A DNA stretch of 64,000 nucleotides. Source: Patescibacteria group bacterium. GTDB lineage: Bacteria; Patescibacteriota; Microgenomatia; UBA8517. Location: assembly GCA_036381415.1 (NCBI GenBank), contig DASVCV010000001.1, positions 1,411 to 65,410 on the forward strand. Reading direction: 5' to 3'. Positions 1 to 9,581 of the stretch are shown here, in pieces. The notes beneath the pieces are model-generated. The model did not search any database. It was not told the DNA's origin and saw only the letters and a program-made list of their open reading frames with translations. The first letter of the stretch is position 1; the number at the start of each line of letters is the position of its first letter. The translations under genes were made by a program, and so were the position numbers.

Positions 1-1
1 T

Positions 2-706
2 ATTGAAGCAAGAACAGGAAGAGCTATAAACCTGGCACTTGCTGGAAGAGACGCTCCAGGCAGATATCCACTTGATACGATTGATGTTTTTGAGGCAAGT
101 CAAATTGCAAGTCCAACTCCTACTGGTACAGGGACTGCTACTCCTACTCCTACTTCTTCTCCAACACCAACCCCAGTGGTTCAAGCAACGCCTACCCCAA
201 CTCCTGTAGTTCAGGCAACACCCACTCCAACTGGAAGTGAATCACCGACTGCTACATTTATACTTGCATCAGCTTCTACTCAAACAAGTGGTTGTACAGG
301 ACTTACGGCAACCCCAAACAAGGGAGTAGTTCCTTTAAATGTTAATTTTACAGGACAGGGATTTGACCAAGGAAGATCAATATCAATGTATGAGTTTGAT
401 TTTGGAGACTCATCCGGAGGACAGCTAAAACTTATAAGACAGGCAAGTGCAGCAGCAAGCCACAGATACTATAATCCCGGAACATACACTGCAACACTTA
501 AAGTATTAACATCAAGCGGCCAGTGGGTAGGGGGAGCAGGATGTAGTGTAACAATTGCTACAACTGGAGCAACTGGAGTGGTTGAAGGAGTATCAACTGC
601 AACAACCCTTCCTCAGACTGGACCAGCTGAAAATATTGCAGCTATATCAGTTATAGTTGGAGCAGCAGGATTCTACATTAACAAACACTTCAAGAGATTA
701 GTATAA
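2..706 (+). CDS. LPXTG-type sortase-anchored surface protein with PKD-like domain (5' partial; frame open to window start; GTG at 176 is internal)
   Basis: Pro/Thr repeats (ATPTPTPVVQATPTPT). PKD-like core (NVNFTGQG...YEFDFGD...HRYYNPGTYTATL). C-terminal LPQTG followed by a hydrophobic stretch and basic tail KHFKRLV. Confidence 0.6.
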   Translation: MEARTGRAINLALAGRDAPGRYPLDTIDVFEASQIASPTPTGTGTATPTPTSSPTPTPVVQATPTPTPVVQATPTPTGSESPTATFILASASTQTSGCTGLTATPNKGVVPLNVNFTGQGFDQGRSISMYEFDFGDSSGGQLKLIRQASAAASHRYYNPGTYTATLKVLTSSGQWVGGAGCSVTIATTGATGVVEGVSTATTLPQTGPAENIAAISVIVGAAGFYINKHFKRLV

Positions 707-741
707 AAAAAGAAAAGTCAGAAGAGATTATAAATTTAAAT

Positions 742-1227
742 TTAGAAGTTTAAATCAGCACAGGAAACATAAACTTGTGCTTGGGTTGCTGACTTGTGTA
801 CATTTACAGCAAGCTTTCCTAATGCTTTTAATTTGTCAAAAGTCGTATCAAGAGTTGTTTGGGAAGTTCCATTTACTGGGGACTTTAAAGGAAACTTAAT
901 TGCTCCTGGGTTTGGACAACTACCTAAGTGGATATGAGCTGGCTGAGAAACTCCAGCTGGTGCTCCAGTTAAATTAAGGCTCACCAATATTTTTCCATCT
1001 ACTTCTTTAAGAACTGCGGTTCCTTTTTCATTAGAACCGTTTTGGGCATCAAGGTTTACAGTAAGGGTTTTAAGTCCTGGGACAAAAGAAGAGTTAATTT
1101 TATTTGATCCATATGAGAAAAGAGCAAATGCACCAACAAGAAGGGCTGCCATGGCAGCTAGCATCATGAGATTTATATCTGCCATCTGACGCTTTGAGTG
1201 GTGTACTTTTTTTGATCTTTTTGCCAT
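742..1227 (-). CDS. membrane-anchored extracytoplasmic protein, CHRD-domain-like (AHIHLG motif)
   Basis: N-terminal TM anchor. The HIHxGxC motif is reminiscent of CHRD or Cu/Zn-SOD-like folds. Function call is weak. Confidence 0.35.
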   Translation of the reverse strand: MAKRSKKVHHSKRQMADINLMMLAAMAALLVGAFALFSYGSNKINSSFVPGLKTLTVNLDAQNGSNEKGTAVLKEVDGKILVSLNLTGAPAGVSQPAHIHLGSCPNPGAIKFPLKSPVNGTSQTTLDTTFDKLKALGKLAVNVHKSATQAQVYVSCADLNF

Positions 1228-1324
1228 ATATTCAGTATGAAGATTAATGATCTATGGTGTCAAGTGTTAAAAGATTAAGGTAGAGCTTGGTCATTTGACT
1301 AGGAATTGGTAGAATGGAATATTA

Positions 1325-2509
1325 ATGTTAGGAAAACTTTTAGTTATTATTCTTCTTGTTCTTTTACTGGCAGGGGGTATTGCAGGATTTATCTTTTACA
1401 GAAAAAACTTTTCAGGAATCTGGCCGGCTGTTAATCCTCCTAGTTCTGATATTACCCAGGCAATTAATACTGCTACAAATAATCCAGGAGAAAATAATAG
1501 TAATTTCCCTTTACAAATACCAGCTAATATGACATTAACTATCTTTGCAAAAGATCTGGTTGCACCCAGAGTGATGGTAAGAGATCAAAGTGGAAACATA
1601 TTAGTCAGCATTACTTCAGAAGGGAAAGTTGTTGGCATATCAGCAGATGGTAGCAAAAAAACTACTATTGTGAGTGGATTAACTCAGCCACACGGTCTTG
1701 CTTTTCTTTGCCACAACCAGTGTTCACTCTATATTGCAGAAACCAATCAGGTTAACTCATATGATTATGATGCAACTTCAATGAGTGTTTCTAACAAAAA
1801 GAAAATACTTGATCTATCAGGAGGAGGATTTCATTTTACAAGAACTATCCTTTTTAACAACAAAAACCAGCTTTTGGTTTCTATCGGATCTGACTGCAAT
1901 GTTTGTGATGAAAAAAACCCTCAAAGAGCAGCAATTTGGATTGCAGATTCTGATGGAAGCAATTTTAGACCTTATGCAACTGGACTTCGTAATTCTGTTT
2001 TTATGGAAGCAAATCCTAATAATGGTGAAGTGTGGGCAACGGAGATGGGAAGGGACTATTTAGGAGATGATTTGCCTCCTGATGAAATTAATATAATTAA
2101 TGATGGAAAAAATTATGGGTGGCCTAGGTGCTATGGAAAAGGAAACCATGATACAAATTTTGATCCAAAAGGAGCTATAGATTCCTGCAACGAAACTGAG
2201 CCTTCTTTTATAGACTTACCAGCACACTCTGCTCCTTTGGGGTTAGCTTTTTGGCAAAATTCTTTACTTGTTTCATTCCATGGTTCTTGGAATAGAAGCA
2301 CTCCAACAGGATATAAAGTTGTTAAAATAACAGGAGACTGCATTACAAAAAGTGATTCCAAGGCATCTTGTAAAATTGAAGACTTTATAACTGGTTGGCT
2401 AAAACCTGGAGGAGCTGTAGGACGACCAGTTGATTTATTAGTAGATGGAAAAAAAATATTTATATCAGATGATAAGTCAGGAGTTATATATTTACTAACT
2501 CAAAAATAA
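1325..2509 (+). CDS. PQQ-dependent sugar dehydrogenase-like beta-propeller (SGL / YliI / sGDH family), membrane-anchored
   Basis: N-terminal TM. GKNYGWP motif and DDLPPDEINII block typical of the soluble aldose/glucose dehydrogenase family. Confidence 0.55.
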   Translation: MLGKLLVIILLVLLLAGGIAGFIFYRKNFSGIWPAVNPPSSDITQAINTATNNPGENNSNFPLQIPANMTLTIFAKDLVAPRVMVRDQSGNILVSITSEGKVVGISADGSKKTTIVSGLTQPHGLAFLCHNQCSLYIAETNQVNSYDYDATSMSVSNKKKILDLSGGGFHFTRTILFNNKNQLLVSIGSDCNVCDEKNPQRAAIWIADSDGSNFRPYATGLRNSVFMEANPNNGEVWATEMGRDYLGDDLPPDEINIINDGKNYGWPRCYGKGNHDTNFDPKGAIDSCNETEPSFIDLPAHSAPLGLAFWQNSLLVSFHGSWNRSTPTGYKVVKITGDCITKSDSKASCKIEDFITGWLKPGGAVGRPVDLLVDGKKIFISDDKSGVIYLLTQK

Positions 2510-2533
2510 TTGATCAAGTGGAGGTGATTAAAA

Positions 2534-2965
2534 TTGCTAGATAACATAAGAAGAAATCCTTTAATACTTGGTGCAATTGCAGTTTTTCTTGCACTTGTTG
2601 GAATTGTGTCAGTATTTATAAGTAGAAATGCTGGACCTTTTATTTCACCACAGAATGCTGGGAATACAAAAATTGAGACTCAGCCGGGAACTACTAATCC
2701 CAACAACACTATAAGCGCCAAGAATACAGTTGACATTAAAAATTTTTCATTTAGCATTTCCACTTTGACTGTAAAAAAGGGGGATACAGTAACTTGGACA
2801 AATAGCGACAGTTCGGTTCACACTGCAACAGCAGATGATGGGACTTTTGATACAGGAAGTATTAATCCGGGAAGCAGTCAAACAGTAACATTTACCAAGA
2901 GTGGAACTTATACCTATCATTGCTCTGTGCATCCCATGATGAAGGGGACTATTGTAGTCCAGTAA
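2534..2965 (+). CDS. cupredoxin (plastocyanin/amicyanin-like type 1 blue copper protein), membrane-anchored; TTG start
   Basis: Type-1 copper ligand pattern H...YHCSVHPMMKG (His-Cys-His-Met) at the C-terminus. N-terminal TM helix. Confidence 0.75.
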   Translation: MLDNIRRNPLILGAIAVFLALVGIVSVFISRNAGPFISPQNAGNTKIETQPGTTNPNNTISAKNTVDIKNFSFSISTLTVKKGDTVTWTNSDSSVHTATADDGTFDTGSINPGSSQTVTFTKSGTYTYHCSVHPMMKGTIVVQ

Positions 2966-3043
2966 GAAGTAAAATTTCTTGGCACCCCTGCGTGTTGTAA
3001 GACAGTAGGTCAACTGTTGATAATCAGCTTCGGAAAGGCTAAA

Positions 3044-3070
3044 ATGAATATAGCCAAAAAGGCTTTTTTT
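3044..3070 (+). terminator. putative rho-independent terminator after the cupredoxin gene
   Basis: agccaaaaaggct hairpin followed by a T7 run. The stem is weak. Confidence 0.3.
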
Positions 3071-3086
3071 ATTGCTTTTAAATTAT

Positions 3087-5690
3087 ATGGATATTGGAAA
3101 AATACAACCAACAGAGATAACTACAGAACTATCTAGAAGCTATCTAGATTATGCAATGAGCGTCATTGTTGCACGCGCTCTTCCTGATATTAGGGATGGA
3201 TTAAAGCCAGTACACAGAAGAATTTTGTATGCCATGCAACAAATGGGTCTTCTTACTTCGGGACACACTAAAAGCGCCAAGGTAGTCGGAGAAGTTTTAG
3301 GAAAGTACCATCCTCATGGAGATATTGCTTTATATGACACTTTAGCTAGAATGGCACAGGATTTCTCAATGAGATATCCGTTAGTTGATGGGCAAGGAAA
3401 CTTTGGAAGTATTGATGGAGATCCTCCTGCTGCTATGAGGTATACAGAGGTAAAGCTTGCAAAAATTTCAGGATATCTTCTTTCTGATATTGAAAAGGAA
3501 ACAGTTGATTTTACAGACAACTTTGATGCCACTTTAAAAGAGCCTCTTGTTCTTCCTGCTCTTCTTCCAAATTTGCTTCTAATGGGGTCTGAGGGAATTG
3601 CAGTTGGAATGGCTACTAAAATCCCACCTCATAACTTAGGCGAAGTAATTGATGCAGTTGTTGCAGCAATTAAAAAAGGAAAACCAATCGTTGATGAGCA
3701 AAAGCATGAAGAAGAAAGCGATTTCTTTATTAAAAGAATTGAGTTAATTGCAGCTGGAGAGAAAAAAGAATTGAGCCAGGAAGAAATACATCCAACTTCA
3801 GTTTCTTTTGAAAGCCCAATAACAATTGAGGAATTGGCAGAATTTATTCAAGGACCAGATTTTCCAACAGGAGGAGCAATATATGATGCCAAATCTTTAG
3901 TAGATGTATATGCAACAGGACGTGGCAAAATTAGTGTACGTGGTATCGCAACCATTAAAGAAGGAGATAAAGGGAAGATGCAGATTATTATTTCTGAGAT
4001 TCCTTACCAGGTAAATAAAAGTTTGCTTGTAGCTCAGATTGCAGATTTGGTACGCGAAAAGAAAATTGTAGGAATATCTAATCTAAGGGATGAGTCAGAC
4101 AAAGACGGTCTTACTATTGCAATTGATTTAAAAAGAGATGCAAAACCAAAATCTGTTCTTAACAATCTTTACAAACACACAAGACTTCAAATTTCATTCC
4201 CTGCAAACTTTGTTGCCTTAATTGACGGGACTCCATATACAGTCAACTTAAAACAAATAATTATAGAGTACATTAAACACAGACAAAAAGTTGTAGTTAG
4301 ACGCACACTTTTTGATTTAACAGCAGCCAAAAAAAGAGCACATATTTTAGAAGGGTTAAAAATAGCCCTTGATAACTTGGATGCTGTTATTAAAACAATT
4401 AGAGCTTCTAAAACCCAAGATGAAGCAAAAGTAAACTTGGTTAAGAAATTTGAATTAAGTGAAATTCAGGCAACTGCAATTTTGGATATGCAGCTAAGAA
4501 GACTTGCTGCTTTGGAAAGAGACAAAATTGAAGCAGAGTATCAGGAAATGAAGAAAAGGATTGATGAGCTTACTTTTATACTTAAAAATCCACAAAAGGT
4601 ATTAGATATTATTGTTGATGAAGTAACAGAGTTAAAAGAAAAGTATGGAGATAAAAGACAGACAAAAATCTACAAACAAAAAATAGGGGAGTTTAGTGAA
4701 GAAGACTTGGTTGCAAAAGAAGAAACCTTAATTGCAGTTACTAAAACTGGATACATTAAAAGAGTTGCAATGAATGCATTTAGAGCGCAAAAAAGAGGCG
4801 GGAAAGGAGTTCTTGGAATGACAACAAAAGAAGAAGATGAAATACAACACCTTATCTCTTCTTCAACCCATGACACAATATTATTCTTTACAGATAGAGG
4901 AAGAGTTTTTGGAACAAAAGCCTGGGACATTCCAGAAGGATCTAGACAAGCCAAAGGACAGGCACTTGTTAATATTATTAATCTAGAACAGGGAGAACAA
5001 ATTAAATCAATACTTCCTGTTAATGGAAAAGGAAGCCACTTAATTATGGCTACAGCAAAAGGCAATATTAAAAAGACAAAGTTGGGAGAATTTTCAAACT
5101 TAAGAGCAAACGGGCTAATTGCAATTAAGATGGATAAAACAGACAGTCTGGTTACTGTACAAGCAACAAGCGGTGAAGACTATGTACTTCTTCTTACTAA
5201 GCAAGGGAAAGCAATAAAGTTTAATGAAAAGGATGTAAGACCAATGGGAAGAGCAACAACTGGAGTAAGAGGAATAAGACTTGAAGCCCAAGATCAACTT
5301 ATCGGCATGGAAGTGTTTCCCAAAAAGGAACCAGTAGTGGAAGATAAACGCAAGAAAGTATTTAGAGATATACTTACAATTTCTGAAAGAGGACTTGGAA
5401 AAAGAACTGGGGTGCATTTATTCCCAGCACAAAAAAGAGGAGGAAAGGGAGTTAAGGCTGCAGTTGTTACAACTAAAACTGGACCATTGGCATCAGCAAT
5501 CATGGTAACTGCCAATATTGGACAGATAATAATGACAAGTAAGTATGGGCAAGTGGTGAGACTAACATTAAAAGAAATTCCACAGCTTGGAAGGGCAACT
5601 CAAGGAGTAATATTAATGAGATTTGCAGACAAGACAGATTGTGTTGCAGCAGTTACACCTTTAGAGAAAACTTCAGAAGAAGAGGAATAA
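3087..5690 (+). CDS. gyrA: DNA gyrase subunit A
   Basis: [33 protein letters not shown] and HPHGD motifs, GPDFPTGG, C-terminal beta-pinwheel repeats. ATG at 3087 matches the canonical N-terminus; the ORF track begins at an upstream TTG at 3072. Confidence 0.95.
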   Translation: MDIGKIQPTEITTELSRSYLDYAMSVIVARALPDIRDGLKPVHRRILYAMQQMGLLTSGHTKSAKVVGEVLGKYHPHGDIALYDTLARMAQDFSMRYPLVDGQGNFGSIDGDPPAAMRYTEVKLAKISGYLLSDIEKETVDFTDNFDATLKEPLVLPALLPNLLLMGSEGIAVGMATKIPPHNLGEVIDAVVAAIKKGKPIVDEQKHEEESDFFIKRIELIAAGEKKELSQEEIHPTSVSFESPITIEELAEFIQGPDFPTGGAIYDAKSLVDVYATGRGKISVRGIATIKEGDKGKMQIIISEIPYQVNKSLLVAQIADLVREKKIVGISNLRDESDKDGLTIAIDLKRDAKPKSVLNNLYKHTRLQISFPANFVALIDGTPYTVNLKQIIIEYIKHRQKVVVRRTLFDLTAAKKRAHILEGLKIALDNLDAVIKTIRASKTQDEAKVNLVKKFELSEIQATAILDMQLRRLAALERDKIEAEYQEMKKRIDELTFILKNPQKVLDIIVDEVTELKEKYGDKRQTKIYKQKIGEFSEEDLVAKEETLIAVTKTGYIKRVAMNAFRAQKRGGKGVLGMTTKEEDEIQHLISSSTHDTILFFTDRGRVFGTKAWDIPEGSRQAKGQALVNIINLEQGEQIKSILPVNGKGSHLIMATAKGNIKKTKLGEFSNLRANGLIAIKMDKTDSLVTVQATSGEDYVLLLTKQGKAIKFNEKDVRPMGRATTGVRGIRLEAQDQLIGMEVFPKKEPVVEDKRKKVFRDILTISERGLGKRTGVHLFPAQKRGGKGVKAAVVTTKTGPLASAIMVTANIGQIIMTSKYGQVVRLTLKEIPQLGRATQGVILMRFADKTDCVAAVTPLEKTSEEEE

Positions 5691-5692
5691 AG

Positions 5693-5971
5693 TTAACAAC
5701 GGTTTAGAAAATAAACTGCATAATATACACCATTTATATCAATGTAGGGATAACTGGTATTACCGCAATCTTCATTTAAGAAACTCACTGAATACTTTTG
5801 GTTGTGGGGTATTATTTCCTTCTCTAGAAGATAATTCAAAACCATTTCTGCCTCGCGTGCAATAATTAATCGGCCTATTTTGTCTTCTACAATGGATTTG
5901 ATATTAACGCTTGGACCTACTTGAATTATGATGCTACTATTTTCAGCACTCATTAGGGGATTGTAGCACAA
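5693..5971 (-). CDS. hypothetical small protein downstream of the recombinase gene
   Basis: ORF only. No recognisable motif. Co-directional with the upstream recombinase. Confidence 0.3.
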   Translation of the reverse strand: MCYNPLMSAENSSIIIQVGPSVNIKSIVEDKIGRLIIAREAEMVLNYLLEKEIIPHNQKYSVSFLNEDCGNTSYPYIDINGVYYAVYFLNRC

Positions 5972-6013
5972 GTATAATAATTTTTGGATGACTTTTTGTA
6001 TTTGAAGAATTAG

Positions 6014-6958
6014 CTATTTACTTCTTCCATGGAAGCTTTGATGTATATCTTTTAACTGTTTATTAGTTACATGGGTGTATATCTGGGTTGTAGACACATT
6101 TTTATGTCCTAACATTTCCTGGACACTTCTTAAGTCTGCACCTGCCATGAGGAGATCTGTTGCAAAACTGTGTCTAAGGACATGAGGTGTAGCTTCAACT
6201 GGAAGTTTTACTTTTTTAACATATTTTTTTACCATTCTTTGAATTGATCGGGGAGTAAGACGCATTTTTTCATCTGGTGTTGTTGGATCGATATTCCCCT
6301 TATGTCTAACAAACAAAGGCTTATAATGGTCTTCTCTTGCTCTTAAGTAAATTTTTAGCCAATCAGCAGCCCTTGTTGAAAGAAATACAACCCTTGCTCT
6401 ACCTCCTTTTCCTACAACTCCAAACTCACGCCTTTCCAGGTCTACCTTTTCTTTATCTAATTTAGTCAGCTCTGAGACACGAAGTCCAGTTGAAAATAAA
6501 ACTTCTAAAATTGCCTTATCTCTTTTTCCCTGTATTGTTGATAGGGTAGGGGCATTAAGAAGTCTGTCTACATTTTCCCCTGTTAGAAACTTTACCTGCC
6601 TGTCTTCAATTTTTGGCAAATCTATTTTTTCAGGAGAAATAACTTGGAAATCATGCTTAATCAGCCACTTTAAAAAAGATCTTAGAGCTATTACATGGTA
6701 GCCTTGAGTCTTTTTGGTTAAGACTCCTCCTTTTCCATCAGGAAGCTCAGAAAGATATGCTCTATAGTCACTAATTGTAGATTGGTCTATGTTTTCCAGA
6801 GTTTTAGATTCGCCAACCCAGTTTGAAAAGCGGGTCAAATAGTGTTTGTAGTTTCTAATTGTGAGGGGAGAGGAGGCTTTTTCTACTTGAAGGTACTTTA
6901 AAAATTCGTCAATTTTTCGGTCAAGGTCGGTAAGTGGCTTTGTTTGGGCAGAGTCCAT
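6014..6958 (-). CDS. tyrosine site-specific recombinase (XerC/XerD family)
   Basis: Catalytic boxes RVSELTKL, HVLRHSFAT, LGHKNVSTTQIYTHV (R, HxxR, Y) and an N-terminal SAM-like core-binding domain. Confidence 0.9.
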   Translation of the reverse strand: MDSAQTKPLTDLDRKIDEFLKYLQVEKASSPLTIRNYKHYLTRFSNWVGESKTLENIDQSTISDYRAYLSELPDGKGGVLTKKTQGYHVIALRSFLKWLIKHDFQVISPEKIDLPKIEDRQVKFLTGENVDRLLNAPTLSTIQGKRDKAILEVLFSTGLRVSELTKLDKEKVDLERREFGVVGKGGRARVVFLSTRAADWLKIYLRAREDHYKPLFVRHKGNIDPTTPDEKMRLTPRSIQRMVKKYVKKVKLPVEATPHVLRHSFATDLLMAGADLRSVQEMLGHKNVSTTQIYTHVTNKQLKDIHQSFHGRSK

Positions 6959-7228
6959 ACTAATAACTTGTAATTAATATTATTTAAACTAACATTAATT
7001 TTTCTAAATTCAGTCTATAATCTCAAAAGGCAGTTGTCAATATTGTGCGACATCTATTAGCTATTAAAAGCTAAGGAGTTTGTACAGTCAATATTAGCAC
7101 TCTATTTTTAGAAGATAAACGACTTCTTGTATTTATTAACACCCTATGCACTTATGTGTCTTATAAAGGCATTTACCTTCCTTAGCCTGACATCACCAAA
7201 TGCGTTTTAAGGCCTGTCATTTTCGAAA

Positions 7229-7248
7229 GACGACATATTAGTCGTCTA
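7229..7248. repeat. perfect 7-bp inverted repeat with 6-bp spacer (AGACGAC ATATTA GTCGTCT), candidate recombinase core site
   Basis: Read directly from the sequence. The geometry resembles dif/lox-type core sites. Confidence 0.4.
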
Positions 7249-7937
7249 AGTGATAATCCCGTATTTTCGGGCCAATCACTTAACGGGGGAGAAGAGTGGT
7301 TCCATAGAGAAGCGGGCTAGATAGGCAGTGAGGCTAAATAGGCTTAAACCGAAATAAAAGGCGAATATTTTTTAATTTTGGTCCAAAATCAAAGAAATAA
7401 AGGTGTGTTTGAAACCTGTTACGAAGACTGCAAAATTGTTCTATGACAACAAATCTTATTAGAACCACTACACTCTGCACAGTAAATATAGTACGTCGCA
7501 AAAGTATCATTGTGCGACAGTATAATTAAAGTACTCTGTTAGGTATCTAGTACCCATTTTTCTTTTATTAGACTTCGTGTAATGACTTACAAGGGCATCA
7601 AACTATCTTGGTCTTATGATTAAACCTACTCCTCTAAGGGAGTATGTGTCTTATGTTCCTACTAATAGCGCTTATTAGGCTCGTTTTATTCGTAAGTGCA
7701 GCACTTTAAGGGAGCTTATGTTGACGTATATAGAGAAAAGGTGTGTAAGAATTGTGAGGAAAATGCGTCGCTATTTCTTATTTTTGTGCCTAGTAACTAT
7801 ATCAAAGCATAACAGATTTTAAGTTTTGATTTCGTGAAAATAACCTATAATATTTGTGAAAACCTCTCCTCTTTCTCAACCATACCACTATTAAATTATA
7901 GGATATTATAGCCTCCTCCCCTGCTCTAGAGGTATCT

Positions 7938-7990
7938 GTCTTTTTTTTGCGGAATTTAAAAAAAATTAGCTTCAAGTTGAGGCTAGCCGT
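7938..7990 (-). terminator. putative rho-independent terminator of the membrane-protein/yebC operon (minus strand)
   Basis: Minus-strand hairpin agcctcaa...ttgaagct followed by a T8 run, immediately after the stop at 7991. An A8/T8 pair flanks GCGGAATTT. Confidence 0.4.
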
Positions 7991-8764
7991 TTAGCCCCAG
8001 TGTGTTGCAAAAAGCATTGTTATAAATACTACTAAGCCTACTGTGAGGTATTCCCTAACTGTAGCCTTAAATAGCCTCCCTTCGAGCTTGGCTTGGCCTA
8101 AACCTAAGAGCATATAAACTCCTACTGTTAAGAAAAGGGAGCCTACCACAACTGTTACTGGCCAGAAGAAAAGAAGCACTGCAATTTCCCCTATCCCCAA
8201 ACTTGAGATGAGTGTATAGAAAAAAGTTTTACTAGCTAAAATATTTTTTTGTTCCAAGACGCTAATCCAAAACCCTTGAAGGAAAAGGGCAAATGAAGAA
8301 GCAACAACCCCTAAGGTTGTAATCCAAATTTGCGCTTTGATGGAAAGAATTGCATCAAAAAGAAGAAATGAGGTAAGAAGAGTTAATACAAATCCAACTC
8401 CCCTAGCTGCTCTTACCAATGCAATTGTTCTAACTGCTGAAACTGTAAAAATGTTTGATGTTAGACAAAGTGCATATATTCCCAATCCAAAAAGAATTAC
8501 AACTGGAATTCTGGCAAAGATAGTAGCAGGAAGAAGGAACCAAAAAGTTCCTACTCCTAAGGTATAAAGAGCAGGAAGAACAAGAGTTAAAAGCGTCCAG
8601 TTCCTACCTAGGCCCTCCCAGAGCGACCAAACAAAAAGAACAACAGTCAATAGAGTTAAAACTCCAATTGCTAAAAAGCGGTAATTATTATCTAGAAAGT
8701 TAATACCTATAAAGCCAAGTGAAAGTATAAGGGAGGTAAAAACAAATTTTTGTCTTTTTGTCAT
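7991..8764 (-). CDS. polytopic integral membrane protein, hypothetical
   Basis: About 8 predicted TM helices. 1-nt overlap with yebC suggests co-transcription. Confidence 0.5.
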   Translation of the reverse strand: MTKRQKFVFTSLILSLGFIGINFLDNNYRFLAIGVLTLLTVVLFVWSLWEGLGRNWTLLTLVLPALYTLGVGTFWFLLPATIFARIPVVILFGLGIYALCLTSNIFTVSAVRTIALVRAARGVGFVLTLLTSFLLFDAILSIKAQIWITTLGVVASSFALFLQGFWISVLEQKNILASKTFFYTLISSLGIGEIAVLLFFWPVTVVVGSLFLTVGVYMLLGLGQAKLEGRLFKATVREYLTVGLVVFITMLFATHWG

Positions 8765-9483
8765 TAATTAGAGGTTGCCAAATTGGTATAAACTTTTTGA
8801 ACATCATCGTGTTCATGAAGAGTGTCAAGAAGTTTTGTTGCTTTTTCTATTTGGTCAGGGTCTGATAATTCTTGATAGTTTTTGGGTCTTTGAGTCAACT
8901 CTGTTGTTGTGACTTTAAAGCCTGCATCAATTAACTTTTTTTGTACACTAAAAAGATCATTTGGAGCAACATATACCTCTATTGAATCACCTGCGTCTTC
9001 AACATCTGCTGCACCTAGGTCAATGAGTTTTAGCATTTGTTCATCTGCATTTCCCTCTTTTTCTACAATTAAAAGCCCCATGTGATCAAAGTTGAAAGAG
9101 ACTGCCCCTGGACCTGCAAACTTTCCCCCGCTCTTGTCAAAAATATTTTTAATTTCATTTGCAGTTCTATTCCTATTATCAGTTCCTGCTTCTACCATTA
9201 TTCCAATTCCACCTGGTCCAAACCCTTCATATGTTATTTCTTCAAGCTCGGCTGAATTTTCTGCTTTGGAAATGGCTCTTTCTATATTTTCCTTAGGCAT
9301 ACTTACGGCACGGGCTTTTTCCACTATAACTCTTAATTTAAAATTAGAATCAGGATTAGGACCTCCACCTGTTTTTGCTGCAATTGTTATTTGACGGGCA
9401 AGCTTGGAAAAAACTTGTCCACGAGCTGCATCTTTGAGCTCTTTTTGCCTGTGAGTTGTTGCGTAATGAGAATGTCCGCTCAT
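8764..9483 (-). CDS. yebC: YebC/PmpR family probable transcriptional regulator
   Basis: MSGHSHYATTHRQKELKDAARGQVFSKLARQITIAAKTGGGPNP matches the YebC N-terminus. The ORF track extends 42 codons further upstream to 9609. Confidence 0.8.
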   Translation of the reverse strand: MSGHSHYATTHRQKELKDAARGQVFSKLARQITIAAKTGGGPNPDSNFKLRVIVEKARAVSMPKENIERAISKAENSAELEEITYEGFGPGGIGIMVEAGTDNRNRTANEIKNIFDKSGGKFAGPGAVSFNFDHMGLLIVEKEGNADEQMLKLIDLGAADVEDAGDSIEVYVAPNDLFSVQKKLIDAGFKVTTTELTQRPKNYQELSDPDQIEKATKLLDTLHEHDDVQKVYTNLATSN

Positions 9484-9581
9484 ATAGGTTACAAGCCCAA
9501 TTATACACTTGACTTTAGATATGGGCAATTTATACTCAGTAATGAAATCCGCTTCTTTAAGTAAGCGGAGTTTATTAAAAA

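Larger units (their letters stand above)
6959..7990. other. 1.03-kb ORF-free region (no ORF >=60 aa in any frame) with palindromic and repeated motifs; candidate recombination site and/or structured ncRNA
   Basis: Composition is not simple AT-rich spacer. It contains an AGACGAC-N6-GTCGTCT palindrome, a repeated ATTGTGCGACA 11-mer (7043 and 7510), a GTCGCA...TGCGAC hairpin (7496-7519), and direct repeats GGCTA[GA]ATAGGC (7314-7344). Confidence 0.5.

Noticed and set aside
1785-5515. Numerous 60-140-aa ORFs antisense to or nested within gyrA, the sugar dehydrogenase and other long genes (e.g. 1785-2063, 2131-2361, 3314-3532, 4670-5065, 5115-5417)
   Set aside because: Shadow ORFs inside well-supported conserved genes, with low-complexity or biased composition. 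The same applies to similar nested ORFs throughout the window (9092-9394, 11877-12296, 25661-26388, 28463-28942, 46617-47099, 50740-51153 and others).
7180-7345. Resemblance to RNase P RNA (CCAUAG, GGCUUA) or SRP RNA (GUCAGG...AAGGAAG on the minus strand)
   Set aside because: Only short partial matches. The conserved P4 strands (GGAAAGUCCGGGCUCC / ACAGAAnCCGGCUUA) and the SRP domain IV GGAA-loop context are not present.
6959-7990. Group II intron hypothesis for the ORF-free block (two GTGCGAC motifs resemble the GUGYG 5' intron consensus)
   Set aside because: No domain V-like hairpin (GAGC...GUUC with AGC triad), no reverse-transcriptase or maturase ORF, and the motif occurs twice 467 bp apart rather than once at a boundary.
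6959-7990. Replication origin (oriC) in the large intergenic block
   Set aside because: No clear clusters of DnaA boxes (TTATCCACA/TGTGGATAA). dnaA and dnaN are not adjacent.
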